Below, one piece after another: positions 31,216 to 39,365 of a DNA stretch of 64,000 nucleotides; within the stretch, counting starts at the first letter, position 1; every line of letters starts with the position of its first letter. Made by a program: the position numbers and the translations under genes. The notes under the pieces were generated by a model, which was given only the letters and a program-made list of their open reading frames with translations, made no database searches and was not told the DNA's origin. The stretch is from a bacterium (GTDB lineage Bacteria; UBA8248; JACPRG01; G963555815), in assembly GCA_963555815.3 (NCBI GenBank), contig CAUVWX020000002.1, forward strand, positions 32,001 to 96,000, read 5' to 3'.

Positions 31216-31578
31216 CTATTTCTCTTGAAGCAGTGACACTTCCTTAGATGCGGGGCGGACCCATCTAAGCTGCTCCGGCGAGGGGTCCGTCATCCCGAGG
31301 TCCCTGCGGGCGATCTCATCAATGCGGGAGGGGGACCGAAGGCCGGCCCGCTCCACCTTCAGCTCGGCGTTCAGCTGCGCGAGTTGGGATTTCTCGACCT
31401 GGAGGCGATTGAACTCGTAGCCCAGTTGCACCGCCTGGAGGTGAGGCCAGCTGAAGGCCATGGCAGCAAGGAAGATGGGCAGCGGAGAGAGGAGGTAAAA
31501 CCAAGGACCCCCTCTTCGCCTTTTTCTAGGAGAGGCGCTGCGCCCCCGTCTGGGCATGAACCGGCGGAGAGCGCCCAT
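31216..31578 (-). CDS. ftsL: cell division protein FtsL
   Basis: TM helix plus leucine zipper, RIDEIARRDLGM..P; between rsmH and ftsI. Confidence 0.85.
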   Translation of the reverse strand: MGALRRFMPRRGRSASPRKRRRGGPWFYLLSPLPIFLAAMAFSWPHLQAVQLGYEFNRLQVEKSQLAQLNAELKVERAGLRSPSRIDEIARRDLGMTDPSPEQLRWVRPASKEVSLLQEK

Positions 31579-32543
31579 CAGGGTATCCTCCGTGCCGCCC
31601 GGAATTTTGCGCTCCGGGCCCGGGGATTGAGATGGACTTCCTCCTCATCGGGCGTGATAGGCCTCTTGGTGAGGATCTCAAGAATGGACTGACCGCCGCA
31701 GACGCAGACGGCGACCGAGGGGGGGCACTGGCACCCCATGGCGAAGTGGCGAAAGGTCCGCTTCACGATTCGGTCTTCGAGGGAGTGATAGGAGATGACA
31801 CCCAGCCGCCCCTCAGGGGCCATGGCCTCCACGGCGGCATTCAGGGCGAGGGCGAGGGAATCGAGCTCTTGGTTCACGGCGATCCGAAGGGCCTGAAAGG
31901 TCCGGGTGGCCGGGTGGCGCCCGCGGGGCCAGCCCTTCCTCGGGATCGTAGAGGCGACGAGGGCTGCGAGCTCGTCGGTCCTCGTAATGGGGTGCTTTTG
32001 ACGGGCGAGGACAATGCCTCTGGCGATCTGCCGAGCGTAGCGCTCCTCACCGTAGGTGCGCAGGATATCAGTCAGTTCTTCCGCCGAAAGGTCCCGCACC
32101 AGGTCCTCTGCTTTCCTCTCCTGGCGCTGGTCCATGCGCATGTCCAGAGGGCCGGGACGCCTAAAGCTGAACCCCCGCTTTCCATCCTCTACAAGAGGGG
32201 ACGATAGGCCGAGGTCGAAGAGGATTCCCTGCACGGAAGGGACCCCGGCCTCCGCGAGAAGCTGCGTCAGGGCGGAGAAGTTCCCCCGGATGAGGGTCAC
32301 CTGTTGACGGAAAGGGTCTAAACGTTTTAGGGCTGCCGAGATCGCCTGCCCGTCGCAGTCAAACCCGATGAGCCGAATGCCTGACCCTCCAGCCTGCAAC
32401 AGGGCCTCCGCGTGGCCCCCGTAGCCGACCGTGGCGTCCACGAGGACGCCCCCTCGGCCGGGCTCCAGGAGGCGGCATACCTGCTCTAGCAGGGCAGGGC
32501 GGTGATCCTCACCATGGCCCTCAAAGCGCTCCCCGGAAGACAT
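31578..32543 (-). CDS. rsmH: 16S rRNA m4C1402 methyltransferase
   Basis: H.P.LL, DATVGYGGH, DLGLSS, PLDMRM, HPATRTFQALRI, NPRARSAK; ATG 32543 after GGAGGAG (ORF extends to 32609). Confidence 0.97.
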   Translation of the reverse strand: MSSGERFEGHGEDHRPALLEQVCRLLEPGRGGVLVDATVGYGGHAEALLQAGGSGIRLIGFDCDGQAISAALKRLDPFRQQVTLIRGNFSALTQLLAEAGVPSVQGILFDLGLSSPLVEDGKRGFSFRRPGPLDMRMDQRQERKAEDLVRDLSAEELTDILRTYGEERYARQIARGIVLARQKHPITRTDELAALVASTIPRKGWPRGRHPATRTFQALRIAVNQELDSLALALNAAVEAMAPEGRLGVISYHSLEDRIVKRTFRHFAMGCQCPPSVAVCVCGGQSILEILTKRPITPDEEEVHLNPRARSAKFRAARRIP

Positions 32544-32647
32544 CAGGGGGGGCTCCTCCAGCATTGGATCTAGAGTGGCTTGTGCGCTGTTATGCTGAAG
32601 AGTATTCATCCCTCTCGATCCTTCGTCGAGAGCGCGTGCGCCCGGGT

Positions 32648-32809
32648 CTAAAAGGCCGGCACAACGCTGTTCAAGAAGGTTGGGAGACGACCTCCCAATA
32701 TGTTCAACGCAACGATGGCGCCCAGTGCCACGACTGAAATGAGGAAAACGTACTCCACCAGCCCCTGGCCCTCATCATTCCTCAACCACCCTGAAATTCT
32801 TCTCCACAT
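32648..32809 (-). CDS. Flp/Fap family (Tad) prepilin, 53 aa, not in the supplied ORF track
   Basis: Translation MWRRISGWLRNDEG^QGLVEYVFLISVVALGAIVALNILGGRLPTFLNSVVPAF*: short leader, G^xxxxEY Flp motif, hydrophobic helix; AGGAGG upstream. Confidence 0.85.
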   Translation of the reverse strand: MWRRISGWLRNDEGQGLVEYVFLISVVALGAIVALNILGGRLPTFLNSVVPAF

Positions 32810-32836
32810 CTCTTCTCTTCCCCCTCCTGAAAGGAG

Positions 32837-33274
32837 TTAAAACCCTATCCCTGAGGATTCGGCGATATCTTCGAGCCTTCCCCGAGAGGCCTCCAAGGTC
32901 TTTTGCCACCGTCCTTTGCTCCAGACCTCTATCTTGTTCCCGACCCCGACCACGACGACCTCCTTCTCCAGCCCGGCCTCGCGCCTGAGAACCTCGGGGA
33001 TGAGGATTCGACCCTGACGGTCCAGGGGGCAGTCCGCCGCGTTGGCATAGAAGACCCTCACAAAGGTCCTGACATCCCTACGGCTGGTTGGAAGTTCCCG
33101 CGCCTTTCGCTCCACTTCGTGCCACTCGTCAAGGGGATAGGCGACGATGCAGCCGTCAAATAGGGTGAGGACGAGCTGCGTGAGGGAACGGCCGTTCAAG
33201 ACGTCACGGAATTTAGAAGGGATACTGAGCCTTCCCTTGGGGTCGAGGGTAAGCTCGTATTTGCCCAAAAACAT
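32837..33274 (-). CDS. mraZ: division/cell wall cluster repressor MraZ
   Basis: MFLG.Y...LDPKGRL.IP..FR, LDRQGRILIP, IEVW. Confidence 0.97.
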   Translation of the reverse strand: MFLGKYELTLDPKGRLSIPSKFRDVLNGRSLTQLVLTLFDGCIVAYPLDEWHEVERKARELPTSRRDVRTFVRVFYANAADCPLDRQGRILIPEVLRREAGLEKEVVVVGVGNKIEVWSKGRWQKTLEASRGRLEDIAESSGIGF

Positions 33275-33284
33275 GGAGAATACC

Positions 33285-33319
33285 TCCACTCCTTCCCACT
33301 TTGGCCCATTTTTCACCCA
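33285..33319 (-). promoter_or_regulatory. MraZ binding boxes (dcw operator)
   Basis: Minus strand TGGGT..TGGGC..TGGGA..TGGAG at 11/10/10-nt spacing between the promoter and the mraZ start. Confidence 0.8.
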
Positions 33320-33320
33320 A

Positions 33321-33349
33321 ATTATTGACTCCTCTCCTACCCTTGTCAA
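33321..33349 (-). promoter_or_regulatory. sigma70 promoter of the dcw operon
   Basis: TTGACA(33349-33344)-N17-AATAAT(33326-33321). Confidence 0.75.
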
Positions 33350-33539
33350 GGGAAATTATTGAAAATCTTGCCTGTGGCACTTTGCCGCGAATTTCTCAAG
33401 AAGGGGGGGGGGCTGCCGAATATCCTTGGGGATTCCCGTTCATCCAAAAGAATCCCGTCCCTCGCGATTTTTCACCAGAGAGGGCGCTTTTGAGCTTATT
33501 GGGCCATATCAGGGAAAATCAGTTGGTGCGAAGGGCTTC

Positions 33540-34274
33540 TTATCCCACCGAGGTCAGAAGAACGAGGGTTTCTCCCATTTCCGCAATCGCTCCGTACGTA
33601 GCCCGCGTGAGGCCGCCAAGGCTTCGCTTGAAATAGGCCCGGGCGGCCGCGCTCCCGGCCCAGAGGATGAGGAGCAGGATAAGGCCGCGCAGGCCAAGGG
33701 CAAGTCCCCCCACGAGGACAGAGATGACCGTGGCGATGGCCAGGCCTCCCCCTTTCAGCTGCCCCACAAAGCCCAGCTCTCCGCTGGGCGCCAGGTAGGG
33801 CTCCTTGTAGCTGAGATAGGTTGTTGTCCAGCGGGAGAGGGCAGCAGCGGTGATGAGGGTTGCCGGCCCGGCCCCTGAGGGAATATTGGAGAGGGCGATG
33901 ACCTTGATGAGGAGAAGGCCGAGAAGGCTGAGGGCCCCGATGGTCCCCAGGTGGCTTTCACCCATGAGCCGGAGGCGCTCCTGCGGCGTTCGCCCGATGA
34001 GGAGGCCCTCCAGGACGTTGGCCAGGCCCTCGGCTTGGGCGGCTCGGGTGAAGATGAGAAGGGAAAGGGCGGCGATTACGCCAAAGAGGGCTGGAGAGAA
34101 GAGCGCGGTAAAGATGCCTCCGGTGATTGCCGCCGCCGCTCCAACGAGGATCCCCACCAGCGGAAAGTAGGCCGCCCCCGCGGCAAGAGGCGCCCCCCTT
34201 TTCCCTCCTCCCGGCCAGAGGGTCATGAAGCGAAGGGCAGAGAGGAACCTTCTCCAGTCGCGCAGGAAGTCCAT
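33540..34274 (-). CDS. CobS-like membrane protein (adenosylcobinamide-GDP ribazoletransferase family) with degenerate motifs
   Basis: AL.F.T..P, YFPLVG..VG, R.....L..M..S..G..G, LSR, GG.T....GA..E..E layout; conserved H/D residues are replaced. Confidence 0.75.
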   Translation of the reverse strand: MDFLRDWRRFLSALRFMTLWPGGGKRGAPLAAGAAYFPLVGILVGAAAAITGGIFTALFSPALFGVIAALSLLIFTRAAQAEGLANVLEGLLIGRTPQERLRLMGESHLGTIGALSLLGLLLIKVIALSNIPSGAGPATLITAAALSRWTTTYLSYKEPYLAPSGELGFVGQLKGGGLAIATVISVLVGGLALGLRGLILLLILWAGSAAARAYFKRSLGGLTRATYGAIAEMGETLVLLTSVG

Positions 34275-34444
34275 TGAGTTCCCCTCCTTGGCAGAGATCA
34301 TCCTGAATCAGATAAACTTGTCATTCTTATCATCTGGCAGAAGAGCGAGTCAATTTTATATCAGAGGTGCTCGCTTTGCGACGTAGCCCCGGATTGAGAA
34401 GGAGGCGCGGGTTTTAGGCGAAGCGGGCTGCCCAGACCGGGCTC

Positions 34445-35278
34445 TCACTCGTAGCAATGCTCATCGGTCGGGAAAGTTCCCTCGGTGACTTCCCGAACGT
34501 ACTGGGTGACGGCGGCCTTCACCTGCTCCCCAAGAGGGGCATAGGCCTTTGTGAATTTGGGCGCCAGCTCATCGTAGAGACCCAGGAGGTCCTGAAGGAC
34601 CAAGATTTGTCCGTCGCAGTGGGGACCGGCCCCGATCCCGATGGTGGGGATGTGGACCGCCTCGGTGATGTGGACCGCCAAGGCCGCCGGGATGGCCTCC
34701 AGGATGAGGGAAAAGGCGCCTGCTTCGGCAACGGCCCGGGCGTCTTCCAGCACCTGCTCGGCTTCCTGACCGCGGCCCTGCACATGAAACCCCCCCAGAT
34801 GGTGGACGGCCTGAGGATTGAGGCCCACGTGACCCATCACCGGGATATTGGCCTGCACGAGGGTCCGCACCGTGTCCCCGACGTCGACGCCCCCCTCCAG
34901 CTTGACCGCCTCGGCCCCGCCCCACTGGAGCAGCCGACCGGCATTATCCAGCGCTCGTTCCGGGGCACCGTGATAAGAAAGAAAGGGCATGTCGGCCACC
35001 AGGAGGGCCCGAGGCTTCGCCCGGGAAACCGCAGCCGTGTGGTGGAGCATATCCGCCATGGTCACGCCGATGGTGTTGGGGAGCCCCATCATCACCATCC
35101 CCAGGGAGTCCCCGACCAGGATGATGTCCACCCCGGCGGCGTCCACGAGACGGGCGAAGGTGTAATCGTAGGCCGTGATGGCGGCAATTTTTCGGGCCCC
35201 ATCTTCTGCGGCCTTTTTCCCCGCGTGGGGCTTTCGGGCTCGAATGTCAGTCGTTGTCACCTTGGCCCGCTCTGCCAT
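34445..35278 (-). CDS. panB: ketopantoate hydroxymethyltransferase
   Basis: TAYDY, LVGDSLGM, ADMPF, VKLEGG, MGHVGL, IGIGAG..CDGQ.LV. Confidence 0.97.
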   Translation of the reverse strand: MAERAKVTTTDIRARKPHAGKKAAEDGARKIAAITAYDYTFARLVDAAGVDIILVGDSLGMVMMGLPNTIGVTMADMLHHTAAVSRAKPRALLVADMPFLSYHGAPERALDNAGRLLQWGGAEAVKLEGGVDVGDTVRTLVQANIPVMGHVGLNPQAVHHLGGFHVQGRGQEAEQVLEDARAVAEAGAFSLILEAIPAALAVHITEAVHIPTIGIGAGPHCDGQILVLQDLLGLYDELAPKFTKAYAPLGEQVKAAVTQYVREVTEGTFPTDEHCYE

Positions 35279-35287
35279 CACTCCTCC

Positions 35288-35320
35288 AAAAAAAACCCCC
35301 AGGACAAAGCCCGGGGGGTT
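35288..35320 (-). terminator. intrinsic terminator/attenuator immediately before the panB RBS
   Basis: Minus strand AACCCCCCGGGC-TTT-GTCCTGGGGGTT followed by T6, then GGAGGAG. Confidence 0.75.
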
Positions 35321-35352
35321 CTAGAAGACAAGCACTCTTCGTAGGCTCTACC

Positions 35353-35381
35353 CCGTCTCGGTCCCTTGAGGATCCAAGCGG
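35353..35381 (-). ncRNA. pan RNA motif (cis-regulatory hairpin with two bulged A)
   Basis: Minus strand CCGCTTGGATCC-TCAAG-GGACCGAGACGG folds as CCG/CGG, CTTGG/CCGAG and TCC/GGA with two bulged As; in the panB leader. Confidence 0.8.
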
Positions 35382-35494
35382 CTGTTTAAAAAATAGCGCG
35401 CTCTCCTTCCCGCTGTTAATCCAGAAACTCCCCCGCGTGTTTCACATGTAAAAAGGAAAACCCGGACAAGAGAAGAAGAGGTTTGGCCAGCCCC

Positions 35495-37048
35495 TCATTT
35501 TCTGGGGGCGGTCGGCTTGAGTGGGCGCCAGGCGGCCACCAGCTCCGTGAGCATCCTCACCCCGACGCCAGAGGCCCCCTTCGGGGTATACGGAAGGTCG
35601 GTGTCCCGCCAGGCGGGGCCCGCGATGTCCAGATGGGCCCAGGGGAACTCTTCGGCGAAGCGAGCGAGGAAGGCCGAGGCCGTGATGGCTCCTCCCCAGC
35701 GCCCCCCCGTATTCTTGATGTCTGCGATGTCACTCCTGATGAGGTCGAAATATTCGTCCCACAAAGGGAGTTGCCACACCCGGTCTCCGGTCTTCTCGGC
35801 GGCCTGGCGGACCCGATCGACGAGCCCTTCATGGTTTCCAAGGAGTCCGGAGCAGTCCTCGCCAAGGGCCACGACACAAGCGCCTGTGAGGGTCGCGAGG
35901 TCGATGACCGCCGCCGGCTTGAACCGCCTCGCATAGGTCAGCGCGTCACTAAGAATGAGCCTGCCCTCGGCGTCCGTGTTGTCGATCTCAATGGTGATCC
36001 CCGACATAGAGGTCACGACATCCCCCGGGCGGTTGGCCTTCCCACTCACCATGTTCTCGGTACAGGGAAGGAGGCCCACGACGCGGGTCGGCAGTTGAAG
36101 GCGCGAGATGGCCTGGAGGGCGCCCAGTACCGCCGCGGCCCCCGCCATGTCCATCTTCATGGTCCGCATGCCGCTTGAGGACTTGAGATCGAGGCCCCCG
36201 CTGTCAAAGGTGACCCCCTTTCCTATGAGGACGACAGGTGGGCCGGGGCGCCCCCGGCCGGGGTACTCGAGGACGATAAACTTGGCGGGAGCCGCGCTCG
36301 CTTGGGCGACGCTTAAGAGGGCCCCCATCTTGAGCGCTTGGATCTCCCGCGTCCCAAGGACTCGGCATCGCAACCTGTGCTTTCGGGTGAGCTTCTGGGC
36401 CTCTCGGGCGAGAAAGGCCGGCGTGTGGACGTTTCCCGGATGGGTGACCAGATCACGGGCGAAGTGGACCCCCTCGGCCAGAATTTCTCCCCGGCGGACA
36501 CCACGGCGAAGGGTCTCGGCCTCCTTTCGCTGTGGTGTCAGGAGGCTGACAGACTGGAGCTTCTGGGTGTTCTCCTTCTCTCGCCGCTTGTAGGCCTCCA
36601 TTCTGTAGAGACCCATCCTCGCCCCCTCGACCCAGGCCTGGGCCCGGGCCTCAGGAGTGGCCCCGGCGAGTGGGGGAAGCTCCACACAGAAGTTCTTCAG
36701 GGCCAGGTCTCGGACGGACTTGGCGGCGGCGGCGGCCGCCCCTCGAATGCCGTCGAGCGTGAACTTCTCCTCCTCTCCAAGACCCACCAGGAGAAGGCGC
36801 CTTGGCGTCACTCCTTTTGGGCGCTCGAGGAGGGGAATCAGACGGGTCTTTCGGAGTTCGGGTTTGAACTCCCCCGACGCCACCATTCGCCCAATGGCCC
36901 CTCTGAGGGCCTTGTCCGCCTCCCGGGCGGCCCCGCGAAGGGCCTTCTTGCCCTTGAAAACGCAGAGGACGGCCAACTCGCTCTTGGCCCCCATCAGGGG
37001 CCCTACGGAGACCCTTGTTTGCAAGCTTTCTGTTCTCCCAAAAAACAT
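35495..37048 (-). CDS. pepA: leucyl aminopeptidase (M17)
   Basis: GKGVTFDSGG, MKMDMAGAA, NTDAEGRL, DLATLTGA, WAHLDIAG. Confidence 0.96.
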   Translation of the reverse strand: MFFGRTESLQTRVSVGPLMGAKSELAVLCVFKGKKALRGAAREADKALRGAIGRMVASGEFKPELRKTRLIPLLERPKGVTPRRLLLVGLGEEEKFTLDGIRGAAAAAAKSVRDLALKNFCVELPPLAGATPEARAQAWVEGARMGLYRMEAYKRREKENTQKLQSVSLLTPQRKEAETLRRGVRRGEILAEGVHFARDLVTHPGNVHTPAFLAREAQKLTRKHRLRCRVLGTREIQALKMGALLSVAQASAAPAKFIVLEYPGRGRPGPPVVLIGKGVTFDSGGLDLKSSSGMRTMKMDMAGAAAVLGALQAISRLQLPTRVVGLLPCTENMVSGKANRPGDVVTSMSGITIEIDNTDAEGRLILSDALTYARRFKPAAVIDLATLTGACVVALGEDCSGLLGNHEGLVDRVRQAAEKTGDRVWQLPLWDEYFDLIRSDIADIKNTGGRWGGAITASAFLARFAEEFPWAHLDIAGPAWRDTDLPYTPKGASGVGVRMLTELVAAWRPLKPTAPRK

Positions 37049-37120
37049 TCCACCTATGGGTTTAGGCGGATGAGATTAGACGGTCGAATCCTTCGCCACA
37101 GTCCCTGGCGCCCAGGGACA

Positions 37121-37696
37121 TTATTTCTGTCCCTTCCAGCGCGTGAAGAGCTCGTTCGGGATGCCGAGGGAGTCCAGCGTCTTTCCGACGACGTGGTTTA
37201 CCAGGTCATCGATGGTCTTCGGGGCGTGATAGAAGCCCGGGGCCGCCACGACAATGTGCACTCCTATCCGGGACAGGTTCAGCATGTGCTCCAGGTGGAT
37301 GGGGCTGAGCGGAGTCTCCCGGGGGACGAGGACGAGGCGGCGCTTGTCCTTCAGGATGACGTCAGCCGCGCGGCCAAGGAGGTTTGTGGCTGCGCCCGTC
37401 GCGATCATGCTGAGGGTTTTCATGGAACAGGGGACGATCACCATCTTGGTGAAGCAGGCCGAGCCGCTGGCAGGAGTTGCCCCACTGTCGGCGATGTCAT
37501 AGACGACGTCGGCGTATGTCTGAAGTTCCTTATAGCCGATGCCCACCTCATGCTGCAGGACCCGGATCCCGTCCTTGGTGCAGATGAGGTGGACTTCGAT
37601 GTCGCTGTCTTTGAGGGCCTGAAGGAGGCGAAGCCCGTAGACGGTTCCGCTTGCCCCCGAGATCCCGACGATGAGTCTCTCTCTCTGTTCGGCCAT
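37121..37696 (-). CDS. ubiX: flavin prenyltransferase
   Basis: GISGASG, PCSMKTLS, RAADV.LK, PRETP, PGFYH. Confidence 0.93.
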   Translation of the reverse strand: MAEQRERLIVGISGASGTVYGLRLLQALKDSDIEVHLICTKDGIRVLQHEVGIGYKELQTYADVVYDIADSGATPASGSACFTKMVIVPCSMKTLSMIATGAATNLLGRAADVILKDKRRLVLVPRETPLSPIHLEHMLNLSRIGVHIVVAAPGFYHAPKTIDDLVNHVVGKTLDSLGIPNELFTRWKGQK

Positions 37697-37837
37697 GCCA
37701 TCCCTCATGTAGGAGAAAATGGAGTCTACCATAAAACCCGCAGGGGACATTTTACCCAAACAAGATTGCTGGAAGGAAGGTGTTCAATCAGGGCGGCGGG
37801 ATCTCCACGGTGAGTGTGAGCCAAAAACCCGGCCAAA

Positions 37838-37866
37838 TTGAGAAAGGCCACCCGCGATGTTAGATT
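37838..37866 (+). promoter_or_regulatory. sigma70 promoter predicted to give a leaderless transcript
   Basis: TTGAGA-N17-TAGATT with extended TG; ATG 37873 follows after a 6-nt spacer; no SD. Confidence 0.55.
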
Positions 37867-37872
37867 AGGCGC

Positions 37873-39261
37873 ATGCGAAAAGAACACGTCGCCGCCCTGA
37901 GACAAAAAATACCGGTCGAGAGGGTTCTCGCCGAGGTCGAGGAGCGGCTCGCCTACGCCAAGGACGGGACTCAGCGGGCTGAGGTCCTTCCGGACGTTGT
38001 TGTTCGCGCTCTCTCAGTCGAGGAAGTGGAGTTTGTCCTCTCCATCGCCGGGGAGGCGAAGATCCCAGTGACCCCGCGAGGGGCCGGAACCGGCACGACG
38101 GGAGGCGCCGTCCCCCTCTTGGGTGGGATCGTCCTCGATCTCTCGGGGATGAGACAGATTAAGGAGATCGACGAGGAGAACCTCATCGCCGTCGTCGAGC
38201 CCGGCGTTGTGACCGGCGAGTTTCAGGCCGCCGTTGAAGCCCGAGGTCTTTTTTATCCTCCGGACCCCGCCAGCAAGGACGTCTGCACCCTTGGGGGAAA
38301 TGCAGCCGAGTGCGCCGGGGGCCCTCGCGCGGTGAAATACGGTGTCACTAAGGACTACGTCATCGGTCTTGAGACGGTGACGCCCGCCTTCGGGCGGATA
38401 CGGACGGGCGTGCGGACGGCCAAGGGGGTGGTCGGCTATGACCTGACAAAGCTCCTCGTGGGTTCAGAGGGGACCTTGGGCGTCATCACGGAGCTCGTCC
38501 TTCGTCTCCTCCCTCAGCCCGAGGCGAGGGGGACTCTGATGGCCACTTTCCCGGATGTCGATCTGGCCTCAAAGTCGGTCTCCTCGATCATCGCCTCCAA
38601 GATCCTCCCCTCGAAGCTTGAGTTCCTGGACCGATCGGCCATCGGGGCCGCTGAGGATTACTTGGGGATCGGCCTGCCGGTCAATTCGGATGCCATGCTC
38701 CTCATCGAGGTGGATGGGCCGCAAGAGTCTATCCCTCGCCAGCTCGAGCGAATTGCCTCGCTTTGCCGGAAGATGGGGGCCGAGAAGGTCGCGGTGGCCC
38801 GGAACGAGGAGGAGGCAGAGGACCTCTGGAGGGCGCGACACTGCCTGTCCGCGGCCCTTATGAGGCTGAAGCCCACCAAGATCAACGAGGACATCACGGT
38901 CCCGCGCTCCCGGCTCCCCGAGATGATCCGCAAGCTTCGCGAAATCGGTGAGCGCTATCACCTCCTCATCGCCAACTTCGGCCACGCTGGAGACGGTAAC
39001 CTCCATGTGAATGTCCTGACGGATGAGCGAGACCGAGAGGGGCTGTCACGGGCCTTGGAGGCGGTGCGGGAGATTATGGTGGCGACGGTGGAGATGGGGG
39101 GAACCCTCTCGGGGGAACATGGAATCGGGATGACGAAGTCTGAATATCTTCGTTTGGAGCAGTCAGAAGATCTGATTGAGCTTCAGCGGCAGATCAAAGC
39201 TGTTTTTGACCCCCACCACATCTTAAACCCGGGCAAAATCTTCTGGCCTCCGAACCCCTGA
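37873..39261 (+). CDS. FAD-linked oxidase, GlcD/D-lactate dehydrogenase family
   Basis: PRGAGTG..GG, YPPDPAS, KYGVTKDYV, GSEGTLG, GHAGDGNLH, SGEHGIG, LNPGK. Confidence 0.9.
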   Translation: MRKEHVAALRQKIPVERVLAEVEERLAYAKDGTQRAEVLPDVVVRALSVEEVEFVLSIAGEAKIPVTPRGAGTGTTGGAVPLLGGIVLDLSGMRQIKEIDEENLIAVVEPGVVTGEFQAAVEARGLFYPPDPASKDVCTLGGNAAECAGGPRAVKYGVTKDYVIGLETVTPAFGRIRTGVRTAKGVVGYDLTKLLVGSEGTLGVITELVLRLLPQPEARGTLMATFPDVDLASKSVSSIIASKILPSKLEFLDRSAIGAAEDYLGIGLPVNSDAMLLIEVDGPQESIPRQLERIASLCRKMGAEKVAVARNEEEAEDLWRARHCLSAALMRLKPTKINEDITVPRSRLPEMIRKLREIGERYHLLIANFGHAGDGNLHVNVLTDERDREGLSRALEAVREIMVATVEMGGTLSGEHGIGMTKSEYLRLEQSEDLIELQRQIKAVFDPHHILNPGKIFWPPNP

Positions 39262-39365
39262 TTCCTCGGGGGAGTTGGGAAAAAGGGCTTGGCGGGCGGC
39301 CTGACGATGTGCTAAAAATGGAACCCTTTTTTAAATCAAGGTCTTCGACGCCGGGGAGTCCGCAG

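Noticed and set aside
33403..33412. G10 run upstream of the dcw promoter as a phase-variation tract
   Set aside because: Lies more than 50 nt upstream of the -35, outside the spacer; no supportable effect.
36338..37813. 491-aa plus-strand ORF, plus other long alternative-frame ORFs (e.g. 21747-22862, 22872-24125, 12720-13733, 16371-17285)
   Set aside because: Shadow frames of well-supported genes in GC-rich DNA; no recognisable motifs.
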